Positions 12,487 to 23,094 of a stretch of DNA of 64,000 bases are shown piece after piece. The stretch is from Hyaloraphidium curvatum SAG 235-1 (taxonomy: Eukaryota > Fungi > Monoblepharomycota). How positions within the stretch are numbered: position 1 is the first letter of the stretch; each line of letters starts with the position of its first letter. The stretch is from assembly GCA_025558095.1 (NCBI GenBank), contig JAIVFI010000044.1, positions 124,001 to 188,000 on the forward strand, written 5' to 3'. Position numbers and translations under genes: made by a program. The notes beneath the pieces are model-generated. The model was given only the letters and a program-made list of their open reading frames with translations, did no database searches and was not told the DNA's origin.

Positions 12487-12680
12487 TCAATGACTTGCAA
12501 ACATCCATGCCCGAAACCCTTCCTCGTCGTCCGGCGGCAGCGGCGGCACGTCCTTCCCGCAGATCTCCTTGTGCCGCCCCTTCCAGTCCCTCTTCTGGTG
12601 CTCCTTGCAGCAGTAACGGACCGATCGGCACCCGGTGCAGCCGGGCCAGGGTGGGCTGCCGGGATCGGGGAGGTCGGGAC
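12487..12680 (-). pseudogene. 5'-truncated MYND-finger fragment, paralogue of 2395-2620
   Basis: PGSPPWPGCTGCRSVRYCCKEHQKRDWKGRHKEICGKDVPPLPPDDEEGFRAWMFASH*. No start codon or first CxxC, and little room before the next gene. Confidence 0.75.
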
Positions 12681-12783
12681 GCGAGGCCCCGAATCCACCA
12701 GCGAAACAACCACGAGAAAGGGAAGCGGTCTAATATGCTGGTCTACGGTCTACAGCGCATGCTGCTCCATTTTCAACGATATT

Positions 12784-15608
12784 CTATTGGGCAATAAGGA
12801 GCAACATCAATACGGCTGATCCCCAACGCCTCCATCGACCGCCGCGCACGCTGCCGGCCGAACCCGAAGGACGGCTCGCCGTTGACGACGTAATCGAGGT
12901 CGCGGCCGCTGAGCTCGTCGAGACCGTGCTTGTTGCGGGGACCGACGTGGTGCTGCTCGCCGCCTCGGTGGTTCGGGAGGAGGTCGTTGGCAAGGCGCCG
13001 CAGGTTTCCGCCGCGGGCGGAGGGCCATTGTCGGAACCCTCCCCGCCATGGACATCCACCCTGCCGACCTGGCCGTAGTAGGTTCCGCAGCCGGCTGGTC
13101 CGCAGGGCGGGCCGATCAGGCCCTCCCCGCGCCAGAAGAACGAGTCGCGACTCCCCTCGGAGAAGCCGAAGCGCAGTGCCCCCCGAGGCAGTCTCACGCG
13201 ATCCATGCCGGTGCCGTTTACAATGGCCAGGGCCGAACCGATGCGCGCCCCGAGCGTGGGACCGACGGAAAGGGAGTAGGGAGCGATCAGGCCGCCGCTC
13301 GCGCCGAGCAGGAAGTAACCGCCCCCGGGAGGGACCGCGGCGCCGCCGGAGCTCACCCCCGGCGAACCCGGCGGTCCCACGATCGGTGCCGAGGCGACGA
13401 CCGCCAGGGACCCGCCATCCACCACGGTGAGGGATGTGCCGTGTTTTGCCCCGCCAAAGGAGCCTTCGTCGACCGTCAGGATGATTCCCAGCCGGGGTTC
13501 GCCCGCATCCGCGTATGCAAAGGCATCGAAGACGAAAAGTGCGTAGGAAGCAAAGGCCTTTCCATAATTAAACATGGACTCACCATAACCGATGAACTAC
13601 TGGCTCTTTCAAATCTTGCTCATCTCCATTGTAGTGAGCGGGCTTCTAGTTATGACAAGTCGTTCTCCCGAGGGGGAGGTCTAGGTACAGCAACTTCTGC
13701 GTAATCAGATGCCATGGTCTCGGCGACGGCGACAGCAGCGGGAGCTGGAAATTCGTCCGCCACGTCTCCTTGGCGCAGGCACCGGGGCCGTCGAAGCGAA
13801 TGAGCCACGATCGGCCCCCTTCCTCCTCTTGACGGTAGCCCCGCTCCTCGTGCACAACGAAGCGCGTAGTGCCCCGGCCGGCGACGACGTGGGCGTGCCG
13901 CGGGTACTTCTCGCCCTGCCCAGTGGGGTAGAAGATGGGTACCTCGGCTTGGGAGGAGAGGTCCGCGGGGAAGCGCAGCATCGCGGGCAGCGGCCAGGGC
14001 GAGGACCGCGGCCCCGGCTGAGAAACCGCCATCCACAGCGGCGTGTCGCCGTCGCCCGCGTTGCAGGCAAGGGGGTCGTCCAGCTTCTCGTAGCCGTCGT
14101 CCATGTCGACGACGAGCCTGCTGGCCGTCTCTCGGCCCGAGCCGGGGTCGAACCTCCACACGAGGCTGCCTTGCTCGCTGGCACCGCTGTGACTCTACAC
14201 CGGTGCGCGGACGGCCAGTGACTCTAACTCGCGCGGCGGAAGTCTGATCCGCGTCCCCAGCGCTGGCTCCCTTGCTAGCTTTGCCGCGGAGCGGCCCCGC
14301 GAGCGCCAGCGAGCCCCGCGCCAGCGGGCACGTACCCACGCCGAAGGCAGGCACGTTCCCCCGCCGCTACCTGCCAGCTAGCTTCACGCGGAGCGCGCCC
14401 CGAGCGTCAGCGCGGCAAACGGGGCGGTGCAAATCGCCGCGGGAAGTGCGGGAGGCGGGCCGGAGGTGTCGCGGAGCTCGGGAAACGGCGGGGCGGGGCC
14501 GGGACGGGAGTCCCGGCCCGCCGCCCGTGCTAGCTCGGGGTTTCGGACATCGCCCATTTCTCGGCCGCAACGCATCGTACGGGCCCGGACGACCCCGGAA
14601 CGTGACCGCAGGGGGTCGGTTCCACGCCAAAAGTGGTGTCAGATTTCAAAAATACCCACTGCCCGTTGTGATGGCCGGGGAGCGTTGCGGGCGTGCGGAG
14701 GAGGGCGGTGCGCACGCCCAAAACCCCGAGGGGCAGCCCCCACAGACCGACCGCGTCCGAGGCACGCAGACCCCCGACGTGGCTCGGAGGACGCGCTCCA
14801 TTGCGCTGCGCGGGCGGGGCGGGCGCGGGAGACGTGCCGGGAGGGGTGGGAGGTCGGCGGCACCCCTCGGCTGTAGCTCACCCCGCCCTCCCTACCTACT
14901 GCGGCAGGGCCAGAAAATCGGCGGCGGAGTGGGCACGATGGAGGACGGCAAGTTGGACGGCGCGGGCGCGGCGGAGCGGGGGTGGGCGGGCGGCTGCGCG
15001 GTGGCGGGACCTCGGTCGCCTTCTCACCCCGCCGCACCCAACGCGCGCGCAGGGACGCCGAGGAGCCGCGAAGACGACTGGGTGCTGACGGTCAGGGGCC
15101 TCTGCCTGCATCTGCCAAAGTCGCGCGTGTATGTTGTGGGCAAAGCCTGCATGTGGGTGACGGGCGAATGATGGGGATCAGGAAGGGCCGGTAGGCCTCC
15201 CGGGCCGGCGCTCACGGTCCAGCTGCCCTGGCAGTGCAATCGATGACCTTGGTGGCATCGCGTAAGTTCTTGGAGAGGAGGACGAGCTCCACGCGCTTGT
15301 AGGTCGCGGGGAGGGCGGCCATGGTCGCGAAGGGGGGCCGCGCGGCGGGGTGGGGAAAGAAATGAGGCCTCGACGCCGGGCAATAAGGAGAACCAGGGCA
15401 CAAAGCCCCGGGCGTACACGCCGTCGGCACAAGGCGCGAGCGCGCTGACGGCCTGGACACGGTCGCCCAGCGCTTGGAACGAGACATTGGCGTTCGACAC
15501 ATTCACTGCCCAGACGGAGCTAAGCGAGAGCGCCGCGCGGGCAGGCGCTGGCCCCGTGGCAACAAGGAGCAGGAAGAGAGTCACGAAGAAGGAACAAGTC
15601 CGGGACAT
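12784..15608 (-). pseudogene. Secreted, probably GPI-anchored cell-surface protein gene, apparently interrupted
   Basis: Signal peptide MSRTCSFFVTLFLLLVATG at about 15608, a beta-rich middle segment (14190-13650), and a C-terminal segment with a Ser/Thr stalk and hydrophobic tail (13575-12784). The pieces are separated by stops and unrelated sequence; linking them is inference. Confidence 0.4.
15236..15323 (-). pseudogene. N-terminal fragment of a PTGR3/ZADH2-like medium-chain reductase
   Basis: MAALPATYKRVELVLLSKNLRDATKVID resembles the LP..xxLSxNFRxA start of that family. The frame stops soon after. Confidence 0.4.
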
Positions 15609-15739
15609 TGTGTTTGGAGTCATCGCGCCGTATGGCTGTGCCGGGAGGACGCTGCTACGCCACCTCATGCGTTCGGTTCCTTGTCCCGATTTTATGGCGC
15701 CCGCCAGCATCCGATTCCAAAACAATCATTAATTGCGCA

Positions 15740-17657
15740 TCACACCCGCTTGGGAACCACCTCCAGCCCATCCCGGATGCCCAGCGTCACGCCGACGATG
15801 TACCGGCCCTCCTTGGTCTCCGGGATGGCGTACTTGCTTGCCTTGTCCTCGTGCACGACGTCAAGGGTAAAGTCGCGGAGGATTGCGGCGAGGAAGACCA
15901 GGGCCTCCTGCGTGGCCACTGTTCGCGCCGGGAGCGTCAGGGCAAGTCGGAACGGAGCAGGGTGGCGGACCCACTGTTCATGCCGAGGCAGATGCGCGGC
16001 CCCGCGTTGAACACAGGCCACTTGAACTGGTTCTCCTTGATCAGGTTGCCTTTCTCGTCGAACCACCTGTCGGGCTTGAACTGCTTGGCGTCCGCGCCCC
16101 TATTGGGTGCCCTGCGTCAGCCGACCTCCTGCCAACGAACCCGACAAACCAACCAGATGCGCTCCAAGTGCCCCATGGCGTAGCTCGACACCTGGACGAC
16201 CTGCCCGGCGTAGATGCGGGTGCCGGTGCCCGGCATCACGCAATCCTCGACCACGTAGCGCTGCTGCACGGGGACGTTGGCGTGGATGCGAAGGGTTTCT
16301 TGGAAGGGGCGACCTCGTCAGTACTATGCGACGGAACGTTCGAGAAAGAAGCTACCGTTGAAAACGGCGGTGCAAAGCTTCAGGTCCTTGCATGCCTCGT
16401 ACGTGATCTCGCCGTCCTTGCCGACCGCCTCGAGGATCTCCTCCCTGAGCCGCTGCTCGATGTCGCGGTGCTGGGCGAGCTCCCATAAGGTCCAGGAGAG
16501 CGTCTGCGCGGTCGTGTCGCGACCTGCGAGGACTTTGCGGGGGATGAGCGGTGGATCGACTTTGGCGCCCACGGCTACCAACTGAAGTTGACGACCACGT
16601 CGCGGAGGTACTTGTCGTCAAACTCTTTGCCGTCGTCGTCCCGGAGTCCCATGAATAGGTCGAGTATGTCCCCCTCCCGGCCCGGCTTGGCCCCGCGGGC
16701 GCGCTTCTCGGCGATGAGCTGGTACACGAAGCTGTCGATCGTGGCGACGGCATCCTGCATCTTCTTGCGGCGGCCGTCGCGCAGCTCCGCCGTCTCCCAG
16801 AACGGATCGGTGGCCCGGACAGCGAGGAGGTGGGTGCAGACGTCGTAGGCGTCGGCGAACGCGACGGGAGGGAGGTTGTAGACGCCGTAGGGGTTCCCGC
16901 GGGCGTCAACGGCGCGGCCGGCGGTGTAAGGCACGTTGAGGGCGCCGATGTCCTTGCCCATCTGTTGGTATGGCGGTTGTGCAGCACCACGGGCCATGGG
17001 ACGGAGAAAGTGAGGCCACGCATCACGCATCGCAACGGGCGGAAGACAACGCACGGCCAGCTTGACAAACGAATCCGCAGTGCTGCGGAGCAAGAGCTCC
17101 TGCAAGTCGACGACGAGCCCGGCGTCACAGGCCTGCCCGAGGTGCCGGACGATGTCGCGGGCGTCGTGGAGGAAGACCGGGCCGAAAACGTCGCGGAAGT
17201 TGCGCAGGTTGAAGATGTTGCTCGCCGTCTTGCGCTGGAGCTTCCATCCGTCGCCGTCCTGCGTGAAGATGCCGTGGCCGGCAAAGTCGTGGATCCTCGC
17301 GCTGGTCATTTCGCCCTTGATGAACTTCCACGGGTCCCTGTAGATGTACTCGACGTCCGTCGGGTTCGTCAGGAGTACCGTGTCCATAATGCCGAACCCG
17401 GGGAAGTAGACGGTCTGGCGAACGGCCTCGCCATACTTTTCTGCGAGCTCCACGACCCGTTCGAGCCGGCGGCCGACGTTCTTCCTGATTGTCAGCAGGT
17501 GCCCGACAATCGGCAGGCCGCCGTCGGCCAGGGGGATGTCCCGCCGAATCTTGGCGAAGGGCACCGTGTTGGGCCACAGGATGAGCAGCGCGGCCACCGC
17601 GACGGCGGGAACGAGGAGCCACAGGGGCAGCGGCAGGGCCGCGAGGAGGCCTGACAT
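15740..17657 (-). CDS. Cytochrome P450 (resembles CYP86/704/52-like fatty-acid hydroxylases)
   Basis: N-terminal TM, GIFTQDGDGWKLQRKTAS, I-helix AGRDTTAQTLSW, ETLR (ExxR), FKPDRW, heme motif FNAGPRICLG. Several short introns. Confidence 0.93.
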
Positions 17658-18176
17658 GATTGCGGGGCCGGTGCCGGCGGCGACGGAGGACTGACGCGGG
17701 CGAGGCTTGGGAGACGGCCGGAAGGCGGAGTTTCCCAGGCGCGCGCCGCTCGGAGGGGACGGCTGCGCGGACGACCCTGAAAACGGCGTGGGAGACGACG
17801 CGGCGGGAAATAATGAGTGAGGAAGCTTCAGGACCTTCCGCAATGGCACCACCAGCCCCGACATCCCGACACCGCTAGCCGTCCGGAGCAAGGTAAGGAA
17901 TTGCGTTGTTTGGTGCCAAAGAAGAGCTATTGGGGTGCTTCCCGATTGCGCCGGCGACATCCAGGTCTGCTCTCTGCATCCATGACGCGCCAAGCGCTCC
18001 AGGCTTGCTGTAGATGGCAATCCTGCCCAGGTCCGATCAAGCGCAGCTCTAGTAGTGCTTGACTCTGGCATAATCAGCAATGGATCCGGGTGTAGGTGGT
18101 GAACGCCGGCGGGCTCGATCAGGCAACACGGGCGGCTGCCTATGCCGCTCGAGGAGTTTGCTTCCGCAATCACAAG

Positions 18177-20864
18177 ATGGTGACAACGCGCCGACGGGCC
18201 GCGCAGGACGCCGCCGGCGACGGCGACGTGGCGAATTCATCTGCCGCTGCTGCCCCCAATGGCGGCGGCGTCCGGCCCGCGAACGGCGCCGCCGCGCACG
18301 CAAACGGCTCCGCGGGCGCGGCCGCCGCACATTCTCCCGCACGGCCGCCCGGCTTCTTTTCCATGCTCGTGACGCTGGCGCGCCTGAAAATGGCCGTGTT
18401 CTCCGCCGTCACCTACTCGACCGCGTTCACGCTCGGGCTGCGCTTGGCGCGCGAACGGAGCGACGCGGCCGTCCCGTTCTCTCTCTCCGCCTTCTTCTCT
18501 GGCTGGCTGTTCATGTTTCTGTGCCAAATGTCGGCCCACCTGCTGGGCGAGTACTACGATCTCGCGTCGGACTCGCTGAACCAGGGAGGGCCGTTCACGG
18601 GAGGCAGCAAAGTCCTGGTCAAGGGCGGGAGCGATCCCGGAGTCGCGCTGGTTGGGGGCTGGCTGTCTACTCTGGCTGCAGTACTCGTCATGGGTACGTG
18701 TTGATCTGCCTTCGGGCACGGAAGCGAAGGAATCAGCTGACGGGCCGACCTGCAGTGACTCTGATACCTCACGACCTCTTCCTCTTCACCATCCCGATGC
18801 TCCTTATCGCACATCAATATTCCGCACCGCCGCTCAAGCTGAACCACCGCGGATTGGGGGAACTCGCTGCCTCAAAGGCCATGAACATCCTGACTCCCCT
18901 CTTTGCCATGCGCATGGCGTATCCGGGGCTACGAAGCCCCACCGCCGCGGCTGCGACAGCCATGGCGGACGGGATGGCGCGCCTCCTCATCGTGCCGCCC
19001 TTCCTGAACAAGGTCGCCATGCTGCTCATGCTAAACATCGCCGACCGCCTTCCCGATTGGGCCGCAGGCAAGGAAACGCTCGCGGTCAAGCTCGGCGACG
19101 CGCTTTCCGTGCGCCTCCACCTGGCGCTCATGGGACTCTCGATGCTCTCGGTGCTCTTCTGCCTGGACACCGGCCATTTCTCGTTCGTGCCGTTCCCGCC
19201 AAAGACCGGGGCTCCCGTTCTGGCCGCCATTGCCGTCCTAGCCGGCATACTACCCGGACTTGGAATCTCTCTCGACTCGGCCAGCTACCTCCCCGATCCG
19301 TCGCACCATGCCGCGACCACAAAGTGGCGGCCCGAGGTGGTCCGCACCGTCAAGCAGGCGCCGTACCCCGTTCTGGCCATCCTCTTTACCATGCTCGCCG
19401 AGGAGCTCGCCTTCCGCGGCCCGTCGATGCTCCTTTCCCCGGACCTGCACTTCCGCCTGCTCCCGCTCTACGTCTTCGCCTACAACATCCTCTCCGCACC
19501 GCGGCCTCCCCCTGCCAAACCCCAGGAATTCGCCTGGACCCCCCCGACCGAGCCCATCCTCATCGCCGGCGCCGGCCCCTCGGGCCTAGGCCTGTACAAC
19601 GCCCTGACCGCCCTCGGCTTCAGCTGCCGCCTCTTCGACCGCCGCTCCCGCGCGGACCTCAACACGGGTGCCGACGTCGGCCTCTGGCCCGGCGCCATCC
19701 GCGTGCTCGCCGCGTACGGCGTCGGCGGCGGGGGGTGGTGGGACCGCGAGACGTGGCCCGTGGCCACGGTGCGGATGGCCAATGCTCGTGGGAGGGTTTT
19801 CAAAGCCGTAGACATGGACGCGGTGAACCCGCCCGATGCGGGGGCGCCGGGCGGCGGGAGGTTCAGGCTGATCGGGAGGCAGCCGCTGATGGATGCCATG
19901 GTGGAGATGGTGGGGGAGGACAACATCGAGTTTGGGAGGGAGGTGCTGCGGTACGAGGCCGACGAGGGAGGCGTCACGGTCGAGGTGTCCCGCCCGGACG
20001 GGTCCGTCGAGACGGTCCGCGGGTTCATGCTCGTCGGCGCGGACGGCATCGGCTCGACGGTGCGCAAGCAGCTCCGCGGCAAGGCCGAGCGGCCGCGGTA
20101 CGCGGGCGAGGTGTGCCACCGCGGGGTGCTGGACATGTCGTCCGTGCCCAAATCGCTTGCCGGGCTGCTCGAAACCCCGCAGGGCGAGATGCGGCTGATC
20201 CATGGCGAGGGATGGAGGGGGAGCTACGGCCTCATGGCTCCAAAGCTCGGCTTCTGGTGGTTCAAGCACCCGCTGGCCGGCGAGCCCGCCCGTCCTACGG
20301 CCGAGGAGGCGGCAAAGTGGCCCGAGCCGTTCAACCAGCTGCTTGCCGGGACCCCGGACGGCGGGTACTGGGTCGAGCCCGTCCTCGATCGCGGCGACAG
20401 CTGGGCTTGGGGTGGCGAGAAGGGCAGGGTGATCTGCATCGGAGACGCAGCCCATCCAGTGACCCCCAACATGGCGCAAGGTATGCTCTCCGCATGCTTT
20501 TGGCGTTTTCTGCACTCACTTCCAAAACCCATTAGGCTGCACGACTTCGATCACCGATTCGCTATTGTTGGCCGTGCTTCTGCGGCGCCTCCTCCCGGTC
20601 CTCCCTCCGCCCCTCTCGCTCCTCGAAGCCCAGTACCAGCTCCACCTTCTGCGCGCCCCGCACGTGGGGGCCGTCGCCCGCACGTCGTACATGCAGGCGC
20701 GCATCGGGCAGTGGACCGGGCTTGCTGCGAAGTTCAGAGAATGGGCCATGAGCAAGGCGCCCCTGGAGAAAGGGCTGCGGGGCAACAGGGAAGAGCGGAC
20801 CGCCTCGTGGGTGGACGAATGGCTCGGTTACGCGGAAGAATGGGACCGCAAGACCGGAGCGTAG
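18177..20864 (+). CDS. Fusion of a UbiA/MenA-like prenyltransferase and an FAD-dependent monooxygenase
   Basis: Prenyltransferase motifs GEYYDLASDSLN, FTGGSKVL, YSAPPLKLNHRGLGE, NIADRLPDWAAGKETLAVKLG. Monooxygenase motifs ILIAGAGPSGL, LVGADGIGSTVR, IGDAAHPVTPNMAQG. Introns 18694-18755 and 20481-20535; the junction lies inside one exon. Confidence 0.85.
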
Positions 20865-20875
20865 AGCAATATAGA

Positions 20876-22069
20876 TCAGGACCTTCCTAAGCGCCCGAAG
20901 AAGCTGCTCGGGGTGCCTTCCACGTCCCTCGCCCTCTTGACAAAGGCGGTGAAGGAGCTCACGCAGTTCCCGACAAAGTGCGCGGCGTCGCTGGACGACA
21001 TGACGGCGAGCTCCACGAGCGGATCGGCGTCCGGCAGAGAAAGCAGCTCGATCGCGCGGGCCTTCAGCAGCGTTCGCAGGGCATCCACCGCATTCTTGTC
21101 GTCCGACGCAACGAAGGCAGCTTTTGCGCCGATCGGGGCCGCCACGTGGGCAATGTCGCGCGCCACGTCCTCGAGCGGCGGATAGCACATCTCCATCGTC
21201 ACGTTGCCCTCCCCCGGTGCGAGACACTGCGGGCTCGACATCCACTCGGGTCTTCCGACACCGACGCGGCACGCGCCGTCCCAGTCGCTCCCGTAGCGGA
21301 CGTGCGCCGCGATCCAGGGCCGCGGGAAGCCGGAAGTCGCCTGCTTTGCCTTGTCCGCGATCGCAGGCGCGAACGACAGGTAGCGTTGGAAGCGAATGTC
21401 CTCGGAAAGAACGGGAAACGGAACGGGAACCCCGGTAAAGACGAGGACGGGGTGCAGTTCCGCCGGAAACGCCCTCGCCCAGTCCTTGGCCCGGCCGCCG
21501 GAAACGAGAGCCTGCGGATACGCGGAGGAAGCCGGCGGCACGACCCCCGGTCCCAAAGCATGGCTCCAAAAGTCTTCCGCGGGTTGCCCCGTCCCGAAAG
21601 AGCACGTCCCTCCGCGGAGGAAAGGGCAGAGCGACAGAAAGCTCTCGAGGGGAAGTTTCCGGCTCCGAAACTCGCGCAGGGTAACGACGCGCCCGGCGTT
21701 CCTCAGCTTCTGCAGGTCAAATACGGTTTCCACGTCCGCGAACCGCCTGCCGGCCTCGTAGAAGATGAACGGGGGCACGACCAGCGTCCTATCCGCCCGC
21801 TTCGCGACGCCCAGCATCCCGAGCAGGTAGTCCGCCTGGTTCCCGAAGCGGCCCATGCACGGACAGTACATGATGTAGCCGGCTTCATTGTCGGGGTTGG
21901 ACGCGTTTAAGGGTTCTGCTGGAGCCCGAGTCGCGTCCACGTCCGTTCCGGCAGGCGAGGCAGGCGATGCGGAGCGTTCGTCGCCGCGCCCGAGGAACCA
22001 GGCGAGCACGGCCAAGAGAGCAGCGAGCAGCGATATCCGGAAGAACATTCGCGCTGACGAACTGAGCAT
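20876..22069 (-). CDS. POFUT1: GDP-fucose protein O-fucosyltransferase 1-like (GT65)
   Basis: GYIMYCPCMGRFGNQADY, RTLVVPP, HVRYGSDW..AC, MSSPQC, TMEMCYP, FVASD, HFVGNCVSSFTAFVKRARDVEGTPSSFFG. N-terminal signal/TM segment; single exon. Confidence 0.9.
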   Translation of the reverse strand: MLSSSARMFFRISLLAALLAVLAWFLGRGDERSASPASPAGTDVDATRAPAEPLNASNPDNEAGYIMYCPCMGRFGNQADYLLGMLGVAKRADRTLVVPPFIFYEAGRRFADVETVFDLQKLRNAGRVVTLREFRSRKLPLESFLSLCPFLRGGTCSFGTGQPAEDFWSHALGPGVVPPASSAYPQALVSGGRAKDWARAFPAELHPVLVFTGVPVPFPVLSEDIRFQRYLSFAPAIADKAKQATSGFPRPWIAAHVRYGSDWDGACRVGVGRPEWMSSPQCLAPGEGNVTMEMCYPPLEDVARDIAHVAAPIGAKAAFVASDDKNAVDALRTLLKARAIELLSLPDADPLVELAVMSSSDAAHFVGNCVSSFTAFVKRARDVEGTPSSFFGRLGRS

Positions 22070-22211
22070 GGAAGTCCGGCATTGGCCTTTCGCGTTCGCG
22101 GAGGGACGTGCGGCCCAGCTTCACTCGGGCGGACGCTGGACACGGAGGCATAAGTTCATTCGCATGAGCAATCAGCCTCAAATTGATTCCGAAACAGTTG
22201 GAGTAGCGGCG

Positions 22212-22954
22212 TCACTTGCCCTCTGCTGCCCGCTCCTTCCCTCCCCAGCTGCAGATTGAGGAAAGTCAGCGCACGCAACGAGATGCCGCGAACATCGAGA
22301 CACGTACTAGGTGTAGTTCAGATACCGGTATCCCTGAGTGAGTTGCAGGGCCTGAGGTGGAGGATTCGTTAGCCCGGGCGGAGAAGCGAAGCCGTGGCGG
22401 CTCCGAAGACTCTGGTCCGTCCCGGCCCATGGAACGGCCTTCCCCCAACGATTCCCGTCCAGATACAGAAGTCGGCACCGCTCTCCAAAGATTCCATCGC
22501 GAGGCTCCCCAAGACCACCTCCGCACCCCCCGAAACGCACCTCGTTCGTCGCGTGGCACGCAAACAGCAGCATGTTCCTCGGCTGCACCCTCCACGCGAA
22601 CCGCATGAACAGGATCGAGTAGACCACCATCGCCCCCGTCATGTTGGGCGAGATGATTTCCGGGGATTTGGAGAGGTCGTGGTAGGCCGCGAAGGGGAGG
22701 CCCCAGTTGGCCACGGGGCCCCAGAAGTGCGTGCTGCGGGACCACGGCAAGACACGGACGGTCGGTAATCGCGATCGACGGGCGAGGGAACGCAAGGTCG
22801 GGGACGATGCGGGTCAGAAGAGGGAACAGGGGAGGGAGACGCGTGCCCACCTCATGAAGTACTTCTGCGCCTCCTGGTTCGTCTTGAACCCGAACGTCCG
22901 CAGGAAGGAGTTGGCCGTGGCGGTGGCCGCCGCCGATGTCGCCGGCCCGCTCAT
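22212..22954 (-). CDS. MPC1: Mitochondrial pyruvate carrier subunit 1
   Basis: [60 protein letters not shown]. Three introns; ends [12 protein letters not shown]. Confidence 0.93.
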
Positions 22955-23094
22955 CCTCGAGCGCTGTCTACACGGGGGCAAGTTGAGGAGGGTGCGAATT
23001 CCCTTTGGCAGTCGACACTTAACTGACTCAAGTTTCGCTTCGGTGTTCGTTTGCTGGACCATTCCTGGTCCTCCGAGGTGCTCATTCGCTCCCG

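Noticed and set aside
14190-15370. Helitron or Pack-type transposon
   Set aside because: No convincing TC...CTRR ends, terminal inverted repeats, flanking TSD or transposase.
16575-18173. Long N-terminal extension of the P450
   Set aside because: The TM anchor begins at the ATG at 17657; the upstream open frame spans the divergent promoter.
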